Source: an uncultured virus (IMG/VR IMGVR_UViG_3300038321_000417) (Duplodnaviria > Heunggongvirae > Uroviricota > Caudoviricetes). Taken from it: a stretch of 64,000 nucleotides of DNA. A program made the position numbers and the translations under genes. Every line of letters starts with the position of its first letter. Positions within the stretch are counted from its first letter, which is position 1. Positions 20,975 through 30,292 of the stretch are shown piece by piece. The stretch lies in IMG/VR virus record IMGVR_UViG_3300038321_000417; one strand, written 5' to 3'. The notes under the pieces are model-generated. The model made no database searches and was not told the origin of the DNA. It worked only from the letters and a program-made list of their open reading frames with translations.

Positions 20975-23017
20975 CTATTTCTTGACTACGCCTGTTTTGA
21001 ATAGTTTTGAGTTGACAAGTTCGTCTGGTAAAAATACTTTTCCTACTGAAAAATCTCGACTATCTAAACACGTAACAAACGCATATCTATAGCTATCTGA
21101 ATCTGTTCCTGCTTTATTATCAAGTATAGTTGATGTTGCTATTTTATCTAACTCTGGTTTTAAATGAGGTACTGAGAGTCTCGCCATTAAATCTTGTCTT
21201 ACTGTTGCATCCCTTATCGCACCTATCATAAAGCTAGATATGTTTCCGAATATTTTTCTATGATCATCCCGATCAGAATATAGTAAACTTGCAACACTAT
21301 TAGTAACGATTATTATTATGTCACCTAATTTCCTACCGCCAGTAACGTTTGTTCCTAATATTGCCGCTGAACCTGTAAAATCTCCCCACCTTTGATATTC
21401 TTCCCAAAGTTTAAAATTATACTTACCTAACACGTACTTACAGTATATTGATCTTTGGTAAGATAAAATAGCAGCACTAAGTTGCATTATTTTCATCTGT
21501 ACAGGATCAATGGAATCCTCTGTGATATTCTTCATATTGAATGAAATAATTACTAGTTTTGCGTCATTTATTTCATCAAGCGATATAGCATCATTAAAAA
21601 AGTCGGCACGTAACCCATCTTCCGCTAAATAAGTGTTTAACTTTACACACATTTTACTACATACACGTTTAAAGTCCTCTGACGGAATATACTTCGCTAA
21701 TCCCTTAAATGCTCCAGTATGTATAGCATCTTCTAACACAGGTAGTATATCCTTTACCGAACAGTTTTTTGATCTTACCCATGTTTTAGGATTCTTCGAT
21801 ACCCCTTTTCTTCTGTACACTTCATTTATCGCTTCATCTAGTATGTCATCTGCCCAATATTCTTCTGCGAATAATTTATCCCCTATTATGCTTTTATAAA
21901 AGAATGTTATGTACTCTATAGATTGAGTTCTTAACCCTGAATCAATGTCATCATCTCCCACTAAATCAGGTATAGGAAAAGGATCAATGTATAACCCTTT
22001 TCTCATATTAATAACCTTTACCATGTCCGGATTATCCGCCCCTATCCAATCCGCTAAAGGTGTGTATTCATCACCCTCTATGTCATTTATAGTCCCGTAA
22101 TGCCCTGTGCTTAATAACATTATAACCATGTTTTTTACGGCATAGGATTTACCCCCACCTGCTTCTGCTGTAACCAGAATTGTCTCCAAGTCTGTTTCTG
22201 ATCTTTTAAACTGTTTAAATATACTTTTTCCAGAATAGATATCCGTAACTAAGTATATTCCCGTATCTCCTACTTTACCGTGACTTAAACCCATAGTCTT
22301 AGCATAAAGAATGTCAGTGTATAGATTTTTACTTACTACTATTTTTTTATCATCTTCCTGTTTATAATTAAAAGGCATTGATGTTTTGATGTAATCTCCT
22401 AAGTCTTTTCCTATTCTTTCATAACTAAACCCGTATGACTTTAGTTGTTTCTCTAATTCAGCCAAACAGTTTTCATAGTTTACCATTCCTACAGGAGAGA
22501 TGTCCTCTGTAACCACGTTAAGCACATAAGATAGTTTTATTATATCCCTGTCATACTTCTTTTCAGCTAAATAAAGCTCCCCTAAACTCTCCCTTAACCA
22601 CTCAACTTCCTCACTATCGTCATAAGTGCTACTTAGATTATACACGTTAGCAGATTCTTCAACGTCTTCCTCTCTATTTTTCCAAGCATTTAACCTAAGT
22701 TGCATTAGTCTGCTACCCCAGTCCATATCATGTTTTGTAAAACTAGCTACTGTGTTTATACGTATGTAATCTTCTGCAACATATTCTAATGAGCTTCGTA
22801 TAACGTCAATAAGCCCATTTCTTACTGTACGCCCAAACCCACCGATTGCGTAAAATACAGATATGCTGTTATTCCCTTGAATAAAATCTTTACCCAATGA
22901 ATAACAACCCCTGTCAACACCACTTTGCAATAATATCTTACCTCGTATTGAACAAGCCAAAAAGTAATCATACATTTGTAAGTTTTCTTTAAACTTCTTA
23001 AAAATATTAAGTCTCAT
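20975..23017 (-). CDS. VirB4/TraE-like ATPase
   Basis: Walker A AEAGGGKSYAVK, DIEGDEY, IDPF, Walker B LWEEY, GRKLG: VirB4-family motif order. Confidence 0.8.
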   Translation of the reverse strand: MRLNIFKKFKENLQMYDYFLACSIRGKILLQSGVDRGCYSLGKDFIQGNNSISVFYAIGGFGRTVRNGLIDVIRSSLEYVAEDYIRINTVASFTKHDMDWGSRLMQLRLNAWKNREEDVEESANVYNLSSTYDDSEEVEWLRESLGELYLAEKKYDRDIIKLSYVLNVVTEDISPVGMVNYENCLAELEKQLKSYGFSYERIGKDLGDYIKTSMPFNYKQEDDKKIVVSKNLYTDILYAKTMGLSHGKVGDTGIYLVTDIYSGKSIFKQFKRSETDLETILVTAEAGGGKSYAVKNMVIMLLSTGHYGTINDIEGDEYTPLADWIGADNPDMVKVINMRKGLYIDPFPIPDLVGDDDIDSGLRTQSIEYITFFYKSIIGDKLFAEEYWADDILDEAINEVYRRKGVSKNPKTWVRSKNCSVKDILPVLEDAIHTGAFKGLAKYIPSEDFKRVCSKMCVKLNTYLAEDGLRADFFNDAISLDEINDAKLVIISFNMKNITEDSIDPVQMKIMQLSAAILSYQRSIYCKYVLGKYNFKLWEEYQRWGDFTGSAAILGTNVTGGRKLGDIIIIVTNSVASLLYSDRDDHRKIFGNISSFMIGAIRDATVRQDLMARLSVPHLKPELDKIATSTILDNKAGTDSDSYRYAFVTCLDSRDFSVGKVFLPDELVNSKLFKTGVVKK

Positions 23018-24334
23018 TTACGATACCTGCCTAGCCCATTGTCTAAATATACTTGCCATCCTGTCCTTATATAAATTAAACTGTAATGATGGTCTTTTTC
23101 CACTATACCCCTCTATATAAGGTATGGTGTACTTGCCTATTTTATCTACACTCGATATAACCTTGTCTTGACTTAGATTAAATGTACTGACATCTTTAGA
23201 TGAACTAACTGCTGTTAGGTATAAGTTTTTCTTACCCTGTAAATCCAGTATTGGATTTGTAGCTTTAAATCTATCTAACACAATTATACTTGTCAATCCC
23301 CTATTTAGAAGGTTATCCCATACACCCGCATTTTGTTCGGTGATATTAACTATAGGTAACTTTTCGAGGTCTTTTAAGTCTGATAAATCCTCTACAGATT
23401 TAACTACTGCTGTAGAGTTACCTTTTTCTATCCTTGTTTCATCTAAACCGTATATGTGCTTTCCAATTACGAATAGGTAAGAACCATTTTTGTTTGAATC
23501 CGCTAGAAATAATCTAAAGTTAAATAACATACTCCCCAAGTAGTTGCAATGACTGTACTCTCTTACATACAATACTTTTGTTTTACATTCTTTTACTACA
23601 TACGTGGACGGAAATAAAAACAACTTAGCATTTTCTTTATATAGCTCATTGTCAAAATTAAGTCTTTCTACAGTGCCATTAAGGTCTTCAACTTCCTTTT
23701 CTAACAAAGCAGCTTTACCTCTTTCAATAATGCTTTCTTTGTTGGCTTCATTAAGATTATTAGATAACATCTTAATTAGAGTCCTTGCTCTATCCCCAGT
23801 ATGGGTCTCGTTATTAAGCCTAGTCAAATACTCTACTAATTCTGTAAATACATATCTAGCTTTCCTACAATTAATTTTGTCTGTAAGACTAAGCTCCAAT
23901 AAACCTAACTCCCCCTCACAAAATTTTAATATGTTATCAATAGCACTCTTGACGCTTTCAACTTGTGAAGCCGCCGATTCTAACGCCTTATCATAATTTA
24001 TGCTTGTTGTGCTCTCTGCCATGTCTTTTATAAATTCAATATCATTATCTATATCAATGTAATTACCTTTGTAAAGAGTGCATATCTTGAAACCTAACCT
24101 CTTTAAATCTGAATATTCTTCGTTATCAGTTACCAAATATATATTATTTACCTGTGAGATAACTTCCAGTAATGCGTAAACATCAATTTTTTCCTGTCCT
24201 GTAGAATCGGCAATATGACAAATTATGTCATCGATCTCTGTACCCTCTAAAAGTATATACTTAATCCTTGTAAAATCGTTAACGTTTATACAATTGTGAA
24301 TACTAACAGGATAATCTGTAACCAATAAATCCAT
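23018..24334 (-). CDS. Hypothetical protein with central coiled coil
   Basis: 438 aa, GGGGAG RBS, abuts VirB4-like gene. Confidence 0.75.
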   Translation of the reverse strand: MDLLVTDYPVSIHNCINVNDFTRIKYILLEGTEIDDIICHIADSTGQEKIDVYALLEVISQVNNIYLVTDNEEYSDLKRLGFKICTLYKGNYIDIDNDIEFIKDMAESTTSINYDKALESAASQVESVKSAIDNILKFCEGELGLLELSLTDKINCRKARYVFTELVEYLTRLNNETHTGDRARTLIKMLSNNLNEANKESIIERGKAALLEKEVEDLNGTVERLNFDNELYKENAKLFLFPSTYVVKECKTKVLYVREYSHCNYLGSMLFNFRLFLADSNKNGSYLFVIGKHIYGLDETRIEKGNSTAVVKSVEDLSDLKDLEKLPIVNITEQNAGVWDNLLNRGLTSIIVLDRFKATNPILDLQGKKNLYLTAVSSSKDVSTFNLSQDKVISSVDKIGKYTIPYIEGYSGKRPSLQFNLYKDRMASIFRQWARQVS

Positions 24335-24358
24335 ACTTATCTCCCCTTTATTTCTAGT

Positions 24359-26524
24359 TTATAAGTGCAACATCAGAATGTCACTAACTACTGCTATAAT
24401 CATATTAAGGATACCTTTTTCTGTTTTTAACAGTCCTGTTAATGTGTAGTCCCAATTAAACAGAGGTATGCCTTGCTGAATTATTTTTAAACTACTTAAA
24501 TCCAAAGTATCAGATTCAATTGTCTTCTTTAAAAACTTTTCAAACTCAAACTTATCCAATACCTTGTTAGGCAATACCTTTGAACGCCCTATAAACAAAT
24601 CTTTTGTGTTAAAAGATAGGCTTTCAAGTTCATATACAAGCTTGAAACAACCACCTGTTGTATTCTCCGTAACTATAATATTTTCTGATGCATAGGCTAA
24701 AGCGTCAGGCAATTTATTTAACACATGTACAGGAACGTCAATAAGTATAATATCATAATCTTGCGTACTCAATATCTTATGTATTATCTTGTTGTAATCA
24801 ATACAATCGGTATTTGTACGCTCAAAATTTGTTATTAAATCATACCTTTTTAAAACTTCAATTTTGCATTCACATACTGATGAACCTGCCAAGCTTGTTA
24901 AACCCTGATGGTTCAAGTCAGTAATACTATTTAATACATTTAATCTAAACCATGTGTCACTACCCCTTATGTCCATATCTACATACAATACCCTCTGATT
25001 TAGTATTGTACTAAATACATATCCTAACAATGCCGTAACAGTCGATACTCCTTGTCCCGCTCTACCAGTGATTGTGTATACTCTTCTTCCCCCTAATCTT
25101 TGCTTTTCAAATACTCTACTTAATTGCTTAAACCCCTTGATGTGAGCTTCTTCCTGAGTCTCTGTTTTAAGATTTATGTCAACCAAATTTTCATCAATTA
25201 AAACCTTTTCACAATCAGCATTTCTAGCTTTTAACCCCGATAAGTCAAACCCGTTTTTTGCATTTAAAGGGGGAAATAGCCTCGATTGCTTAGTGCGTTT
25301 TTTAGATTTTTTATATTTATCCATACTAAAATCCGCTTCACTTGGCTTTAACGGTACTTGGTCATTAATGTGTGAATTTTCATTAATGTTAAAAATTTTC
25401 CCTTTTTCTGGAATCCCTTTATCCTCTTCTGTAGACGTTTCTTCTACACGGTCTGAACCGTATGTAACCTCGGTTTGTTCGCTATCTTGATCATTTTCTG
25501 TAACTTCTTCAAATTTTTCAGGATTGATGCCCTCTGGTTTTTGGTATAAGCTATCAAAATCAAAATCGAACGCATCAATTTTAGGGTTATTTCCCAAAGT
25601 GTCAAATTGTAAATCTTCTAAATTGCCTGTGAATTCATCTTCTTCGCCAGTGTATTCTATTTCCTCTAAAGTATCCGATAATTCTTTCTGCTGTTTTTCT
25701 TCTTCTAAGCAATCCGATATTTCTGAAACTTCATCATACGTGTCTTGTTCTTCCTCTAAGAAGCTATCTTGGTTATAATCACAAGTATTTGTCTCAATGT
25801 CTTGTTCTGTAATTTCTTCTTTGAAGCTCAAATTATCTTCATGCTCAACATGTGTTATATTTTCATCTTCAATATCATCACTTAAATCCATGTCGATAGC
25901 AAATTGCTCAAAGTCAAATTCACCTTGATCTTCTTGTTCTTCTTCACTTTCTTTATTGTCTTGGTGTTCCTCGTATGTATTCGATTCTATAGCAATGTCC
26001 TCAGTGACTTCACTTTCCGTATCATCTTCCCCAACACTCTGTAATACCATTTCGGCAATTTTTTCACTATCTGTTTCGTCTGTTAATTTTTCTATAATGT
26101 CTCTACTGTCGCCGTCTTTATACTTCTTGACTAATACCCCTTTGTCTTCTGCTAACATTTCTTCCAATATCAGCACTGTCAATGTGTCAAAATAACAACA
26201 TATAAACCCATCCTCTTCTAGTGCAATATTGTTAATAGTGTCCGCTATGGACTTGTTGTTTGTTATTATGACAACATCAATTTCTTTATCAACTAACTTA
26301 TTATCGTAAAACTCTTTTAATTCTGTAACGTCATCTATTAAGTTTTGAAACACTACACTACTTATAAAAACCCGTTCCGCATATATCGGTCTGTCTTTGC
26401 AATAAGCTAACAACTCCGCTAAAGTTTCATATTTAGCAATTACAGATATTTGTCCACATGATTCTATGTTCGTGTCTAAGCTTCCCCCATGCTTAAACCC
26501 ACATGTTATAATCTTTTTAGCCAT
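24359..26524 (-). CDS. Receiver-like + acidic linker + degenerate ParA/MinD (CpaE/TadZ-like) protein
   Basis: ATG 26524 with AAGGAG; C-terminal ITGRAGQGVST, RVLYVDMD, YDIILIDVP; very acidic middle. Confidence 0.7.
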   Translation of the reverse strand: MAKKIITCGFKHGGSLDTNIESCGQISVIAKYETLAELLAYCKDRPIYAERVFISSVVFQNLIDDVTELKEFYDNKLVDKEIDVVIITNNKSIADTINNIALEEDGFICCYFDTLTVLILEEMLAEDKGVLVKKYKDGDSRDIIEKLTDETDSEKIAEMVLQSVGEDDTESEVTEDIAIESNTYEEHQDNKESEEEQEDQGEFDFEQFAIDMDLSDDIEDENITHVEHEDNLSFKEEITEQDIETNTCDYNQDSFLEEEQDTYDEVSEISDCLEEEKQQKELSDTLEEIEYTGEEDEFTGNLEDLQFDTLGNNPKIDAFDFDFDSLYQKPEGINPEKFEEVTENDQDSEQTEVTYGSDRVEETSTEEDKGIPEKGKIFNINENSHINDQVPLKPSEADFSMDKYKKSKKRTKQSRLFPPLNAKNGFDLSGLKARNADCEKVLIDENLVDINLKTETQEEAHIKGFKQLSRVFEKQRLGGRRVYTITGRAGQGVSTVTALLGYVFSTILNQRVLYVDMDIRGSDTWFRLNVLNSITDLNHQGLTSLAGSSVCECKIEVLKRYDLITNFERTNTDCIDYNKIIHKILSTQDYDIILIDVPVHVLNKLPDALAYASENIIVTENTTGGCFKLVYELESLSFNTKDLFIGRSKVLPNKVLDKFEFEKFLKKTIESDTLDLSSLKIIQQGIPLFNWDYTLTGLLKTEKGILNMIIAVVSDILMLHL

Positions 26525-27503
26525 GTCGATTGCTCCTTTTCTTTGCTTTATGTGTGGTTTCTTCTTGTCCAAAAGGATGACTAATCATCCGCTTATTTGT
26601 TCCCTCGTAAACCTCTAATACCCTTACCATTTCTGCTGCATCTTCTATGTTAACGTTCTCTGACGACAACGCCTTTTCTAAATTACTCTGTATACCAAAT
26701 AACCCATATATAATATTCTCAATATCTTCACTGTCAACGAACGAATATGATCTGTACTTTGCTAATGTAAACATATTTGCCACGTAAATAGCATCATGCA
26801 CTATGCTTCTTAATGCCTTATACGCTGGATTACTTATAAAGAAATAATAGTCATATGTGTCGTAAGCCTTATACTCCATGTTATACTCAGCTATACTTGA
26901 AACCATTAACTTTAGTATCTCTATGTCGCACTTTGATGATTTATCCAATAACTTCTCCCATCTCGTGTCGACCGATATTGTATCCATTATGTTAATGTGC
27001 TTAACTTCCATAAACTTTCTGTCAGCTTCTTTTAAAGCATCTGCAACCTTTAGCTCATGTAAGTTTATTTCGGATTTTGAATTGTACCCTATTATCGCTT
27101 CATTTGTCAATTTAATACCAACCATGCAGTCTCCGCTTTCTAAAAACCATACAGGTACGTTATTGACAACTTCTTTTGTGTATATTGATAGTATTGAGTC
27201 TATATCCTTATTTTTATTTTCTTGCAACGTTTTATATATTTTCTTTAAATATTTTTCTTGAAACACTAAAACCCTCATAAGTTTTAGTATTATTAATGTG
27301 TATAAAACTATTCCTAAAAAGCCCCTTAATACGTTATTCCCAACTTCATTAAACATATTAAACTTAATAAGAAGTATAACCCCAAATATATACACAACCC
27401 CAAAGACTATCCCCGTAAGTGTTCTGCCTACTGTCATGTAGCCTTTTTTCTTCAATCCCTGCGCTATATTAATAGGTACTTTTAATTCCTCATAATGCTT
27501 CAT
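26517..27503 (-). CDS. Two-TM membrane protein of the transfer cluster (PrgI/TcpE-like position)
   Basis: LKVPINI start, two TM helices, cytoplasmic C-terminal domain. Confidence 0.6.
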   Translation of the reverse strand: MKHYEELKVPINIAQGLKKKGYMTVGRTLTGIVFGVVYIFGVILLIKFNMFNEVGNNVLRGFLGIVLYTLIILKLMRVLVFQEKYLKKIYKTLQENKNKDIDSILSIYTKEVVNNVPVWFLESGDCMVGIKLTNEAIIGYNSKSEINLHELKVADALKEADRKFMEVKHINIMDTISVDTRWEKLLDKSSKCDIEILKLMVSSIAEYNMEYKAYDTYDYYFFISNPAYKALRSIVHDAIYVANMFTLAKYRSYSFVDSEDIENIIYGLFGIQSNLEKALSSENVNIEDAAEMVRVLEVYEGTNKRMISHPFGQEETTHKAKKRSNRHG

Positions 27504-27506
27504 AAA

Positions 27507-27950
27507 TCAATACCCTTGTATCTTCTGTATTTTACCATTCACATCTGTCAATATGAATACACTATAATCTTTTACAAGATTATCTACTGTAGAAGCCACT
27601 AATCTAATATTGTAACTGACAACACCAGCCGCAAAATCTACATTATACCCTGTTTCCCTTGCCTCTGCCGTTACGTATACAGCTTGTCTTTTTTTATCAT
27701 CCTCTAATAGTCTCTCTGTAACACTGTCCTCAAATTCATGTTTTTCAATTATCTTGTTTAACTCAGAAGTCTTACCGTAAGTGTATAAATCACATATCAA
27801 CCTAGCTATGTTATCACAGTTATGTTTTGCCTTTACCAATACCGTGTATTCTTTACACACTTCCGGTGCTTCTTCCTTTTCTTTTTCTTTACACCCTGTA
27901 TAAATAATCATTGATAGGAGTAACATAATAAGTATTATCTTCTTTCTCAC
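27507..27950 (-). CDS. Lipoprotein
   Basis: Lipobox IIYTGC; GTGA overlap with upstream gene. Confidence 0.75.
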   Translation of the reverse strand: MRKKIILIMLLLSMIIYTGCKEKEKEEAPEVCKEYTVLVKAKHNCDNIARLICDLYTYGKTSELNKIIEKHEFEDSVTERLLEDDKKRQAVYVTAEARETGYNVDFAAGVVSYNIRLVASTVDNLVKDYSVFILTDVNGKIQKIQGY

Positions 27951-28357
27951 AGTATTACCCCCCGTTCTGTTTTTCTTACGGATAATATATTAGCGTCCTT
28001 ATCAAAGAACACTTCCACTAAATAAACAACGCTGTCTGAATTATCTAAATAGACTAGTACCCCTTTCTTGTTCCCGTCATCTAGCATAAACACACCTTTT
28101 TCTATTACTTCACAGTTTTCTAAGCTACTTTTTGATAAGTTGTATATGTTCCCCTTGTTGGATTTAAGACTTCCACCCTCAATAAGTACATCTATCATTT
28201 TAGAAAACCCTTGCTCACATATTCCTACTTCCAACATAAAGTTAGCAACAACCGTGCTCTGTCTTTTATACTCAAAATCAGTTGAACCAGTTAGCGCTAC
28301 CATAACAAAGCACACTAACACCAAAACGAATTTATTTACCCTACCGTATTTACTCAT
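27947..28357 (-). CDS. Secreted/membrane-anchored small protein
   Basis: N-terminal hydrophobic segment; GGGGAG RBS. Confidence 0.7.
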   Translation of the reverse strand: MSKYGRVNKFVLVLVCFVMVALTGSTDFEYKRQSTVVANFMLEVGICEQGFSKMIDVLIEGGSLKSNKGNIYNLSKSSLENCEVIEKGVFMLDDGNKKGVLVYLDNSDSVVYLVEVFFDKDANILSVRKTERGVIL

Positions 28358-28358
28358 G

Positions 28359-30278
28359 TTATCTCTCCCCTAACGTTGGGTTATACTCATAATGCCATCT
28401 TTCAGCCGCATAATTATGAAACCCGAAAGCTTTGCAATTTGTTAGTAACCATTCCCTGTATGTTTCATCCGCTGTTTCTTCTAAATCTATAACTCTACCT
28501 GTGTGATGTGGAGAATTCCCAGGTGTTGCTACCATCGCCTTAAACTGTATAACTACCGTGTCTTTAGCATATTCCTCTGCCTCTTTAACTTCTATAAGTT
28601 TCTGTATATCTTTTTCATCAGTTGTCCAATTATCTTTATTTAAAACCTCTAATTCGTTAGCCCAGTATACTAATAATTCATTAGCTTCATCCATATCCCT
28701 AAATGCAGAAATAACTTTTACCTTTATGTCACTATCTATGCTGTTTTTTTCTTTATACCTTTCCCAGGCTTCGTGCATTTCATTTAGTGCAGGTATAACC
28801 CTTATATCTATAAGCAGATCACTATATTTCAAGTCGTCACTAACAAATTTTGTTGGTACGTTAGCTAAATACCCCCTGTTTAATATATGTCTTGAAGCGA
28901 AATACCTTTTATTAGAGTCAATCTTGCTAAACGTATATGTTTTTCCTTTAAAGCTAACAGTGTCAGTAATTTCAAAATTTCCACCATCAAAACAGAACAT
29001 TGCGAATGTTCTTCCATCTACTGTTTGATTCCAATACTTAACGTCAAACCCTACTCCCGTTTCCTCTAAGATCACGGTGCTGTCTAATACTGCTTTTGCT
29101 ATGTGAATATTATTCTTCCTACAATAATCTAGTGCCAGTAAATATCCCTCTTCTTTTGTAACATCTGCATAATACATGTTGAATCGGTTCATTATACTTT
29201 GTATTCTATAATCCCCACATGCTATTACCCCTATACCATAGGCATAATCTATGAATGTCGATGACGTAGTTGTATAATTTTTATATAAGTATCGGAAATC
29301 GTCTAATATATTACTCTCTGGATATAATTCGTCTATGTAATCGATTAAGGATCGTCTAAGTACCTCTCCATTCGTTAATTGTAATGACGTTTTCATTTCA
29401 GGTAGCACCCCGTTTCCTGTTACTTCTCCTAATATCAGTTTCCTCACTGAATCATGAAAGCTATCACTAGCATAAGGCGATAATTTTTTAAATGAGGTTA
29501 CGGCATTAAGACTATAACATATAAAGTCCACTAAAGATTGTTTGTATTTATCCTCTACCCGACAATAGTATGCCTCGCAACCCAACACTTGTATTATCTC
29601 TTTATACTGATCCGCCGTAAATGCTATCCCTGTTTTTCTTTGAAAATCTTTTATGTTATCTTTAAACCTATTTTCTGTCGCACCGAATTCAGACTTTGCA
29701 AAAGCATAAGCTATTGAATACACCGCATCAGGTGTATATTTTGGATTAGGTCTCTTAAAGTCTACTTTTGCTGTGCTGTATTTAGAATTAAATGATTTGT
29801 AGCCCCATCTACCCTCATCTTTAATCTGATATAACCCTTTAGCCCCACTGACACTATCAGGTACAGTTGTTAAACTATCTAATAACGCATTTTTTACCTC
29901 AAATGTCATTTTACCTGCTGTTTCAACACAAGGTATGCCCAGTAAAAACTCTTTCGACAAATATTTATACTCGGGTAAGCTCTTTATGGTGCTGTCATTC
30001 AATACTTCGTCTATGAGTCTCTCTAACTGTATTAAAGGGTTATCCATTAAAGAAGCGAATTGGTAGGTGCTTAAATCTAGTATTTTTTGACTACTTGAAG
30101 TAAACTTCAATTCTTCCATGTCTTCTAATACATAAGTAATCGCAGGTGTATTCTGGTTTATAAACGAAATAAAAATGTTCACTGCAACTGCAACTACAAG
30201 TATTATAAACAGAATTAAAATCCCGATAAACGCTATAAACCTACCTTTATTTTTAATTTGCCTCTTTAATGCCCCCAC
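28359..30278 (-). CDS. Membrane-anchored bifunctional peptidoglycan hydrolase (SLT-like + M15/VanY-like peptidase)
   Basis: TM anchor; CVETAG...SVSGAKGLYQI; C-terminal SAFR, ATPGNSPHHTGRVIDL, ERWHYEY. Confidence 0.85.
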   Translation of the reverse strand: MGALKRQIKNKGRFIAFIGILILFIILVVAVAVNIFISFINQNTPAITYVLEDMEELKFTSSSQKILDLSTYQFASLMDNPLIQLERLIDEVLNDSTIKSLPEYKYLSKEFLLGIPCVETAGKMTFEVKNALLDSLTTVPDSVSGAKGLYQIKDEGRWGYKSFNSKYSTAKVDFKRPNPKYTPDAVYSIAYAFAKSEFGATENRFKDNIKDFQRKTGIAFTADQYKEIIQVLGCEAYYCRVEDKYKQSLVDFICYSLNAVTSFKKLSPYASDSFHDSVRKLILGEVTGNGVLPEMKTSLQLTNGEVLRRSLIDYIDELYPESNILDDFRYLYKNYTTTSSTFIDYAYGIGVIACGDYRIQSIMNRFNMYYADVTKEEGYLLALDYCRKNNIHIAKAVLDSTVILEETGVGFDVKYWNQTVDGRTFAMFCFDGGNFEITDTVSFKGKTYTFSKIDSNKRYFASRHILNRGYLANVPTKFVSDDLKYSDLLIDIRVIPALNEMHEAWERYKEKNSIDSDIKVKVISAFRDMDEANELLVYWANELEVLNKDNWTTDEKDIQKLIEVKEAEEYAKDTVVIQFKAMVATPGNSPHHTGRVIDLEETADETYREWLLTNCKAFGFHNYAAERWHYEYNPTLGER

Positions 30279-30292
30279 AACTGCACCGCCAT

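Noticed and set aside
28359..28800. vanY resistance gene
   Set aside because: M15 domain is the C-terminus of a large hydrolase in a transfer cluster; no van genes nearby
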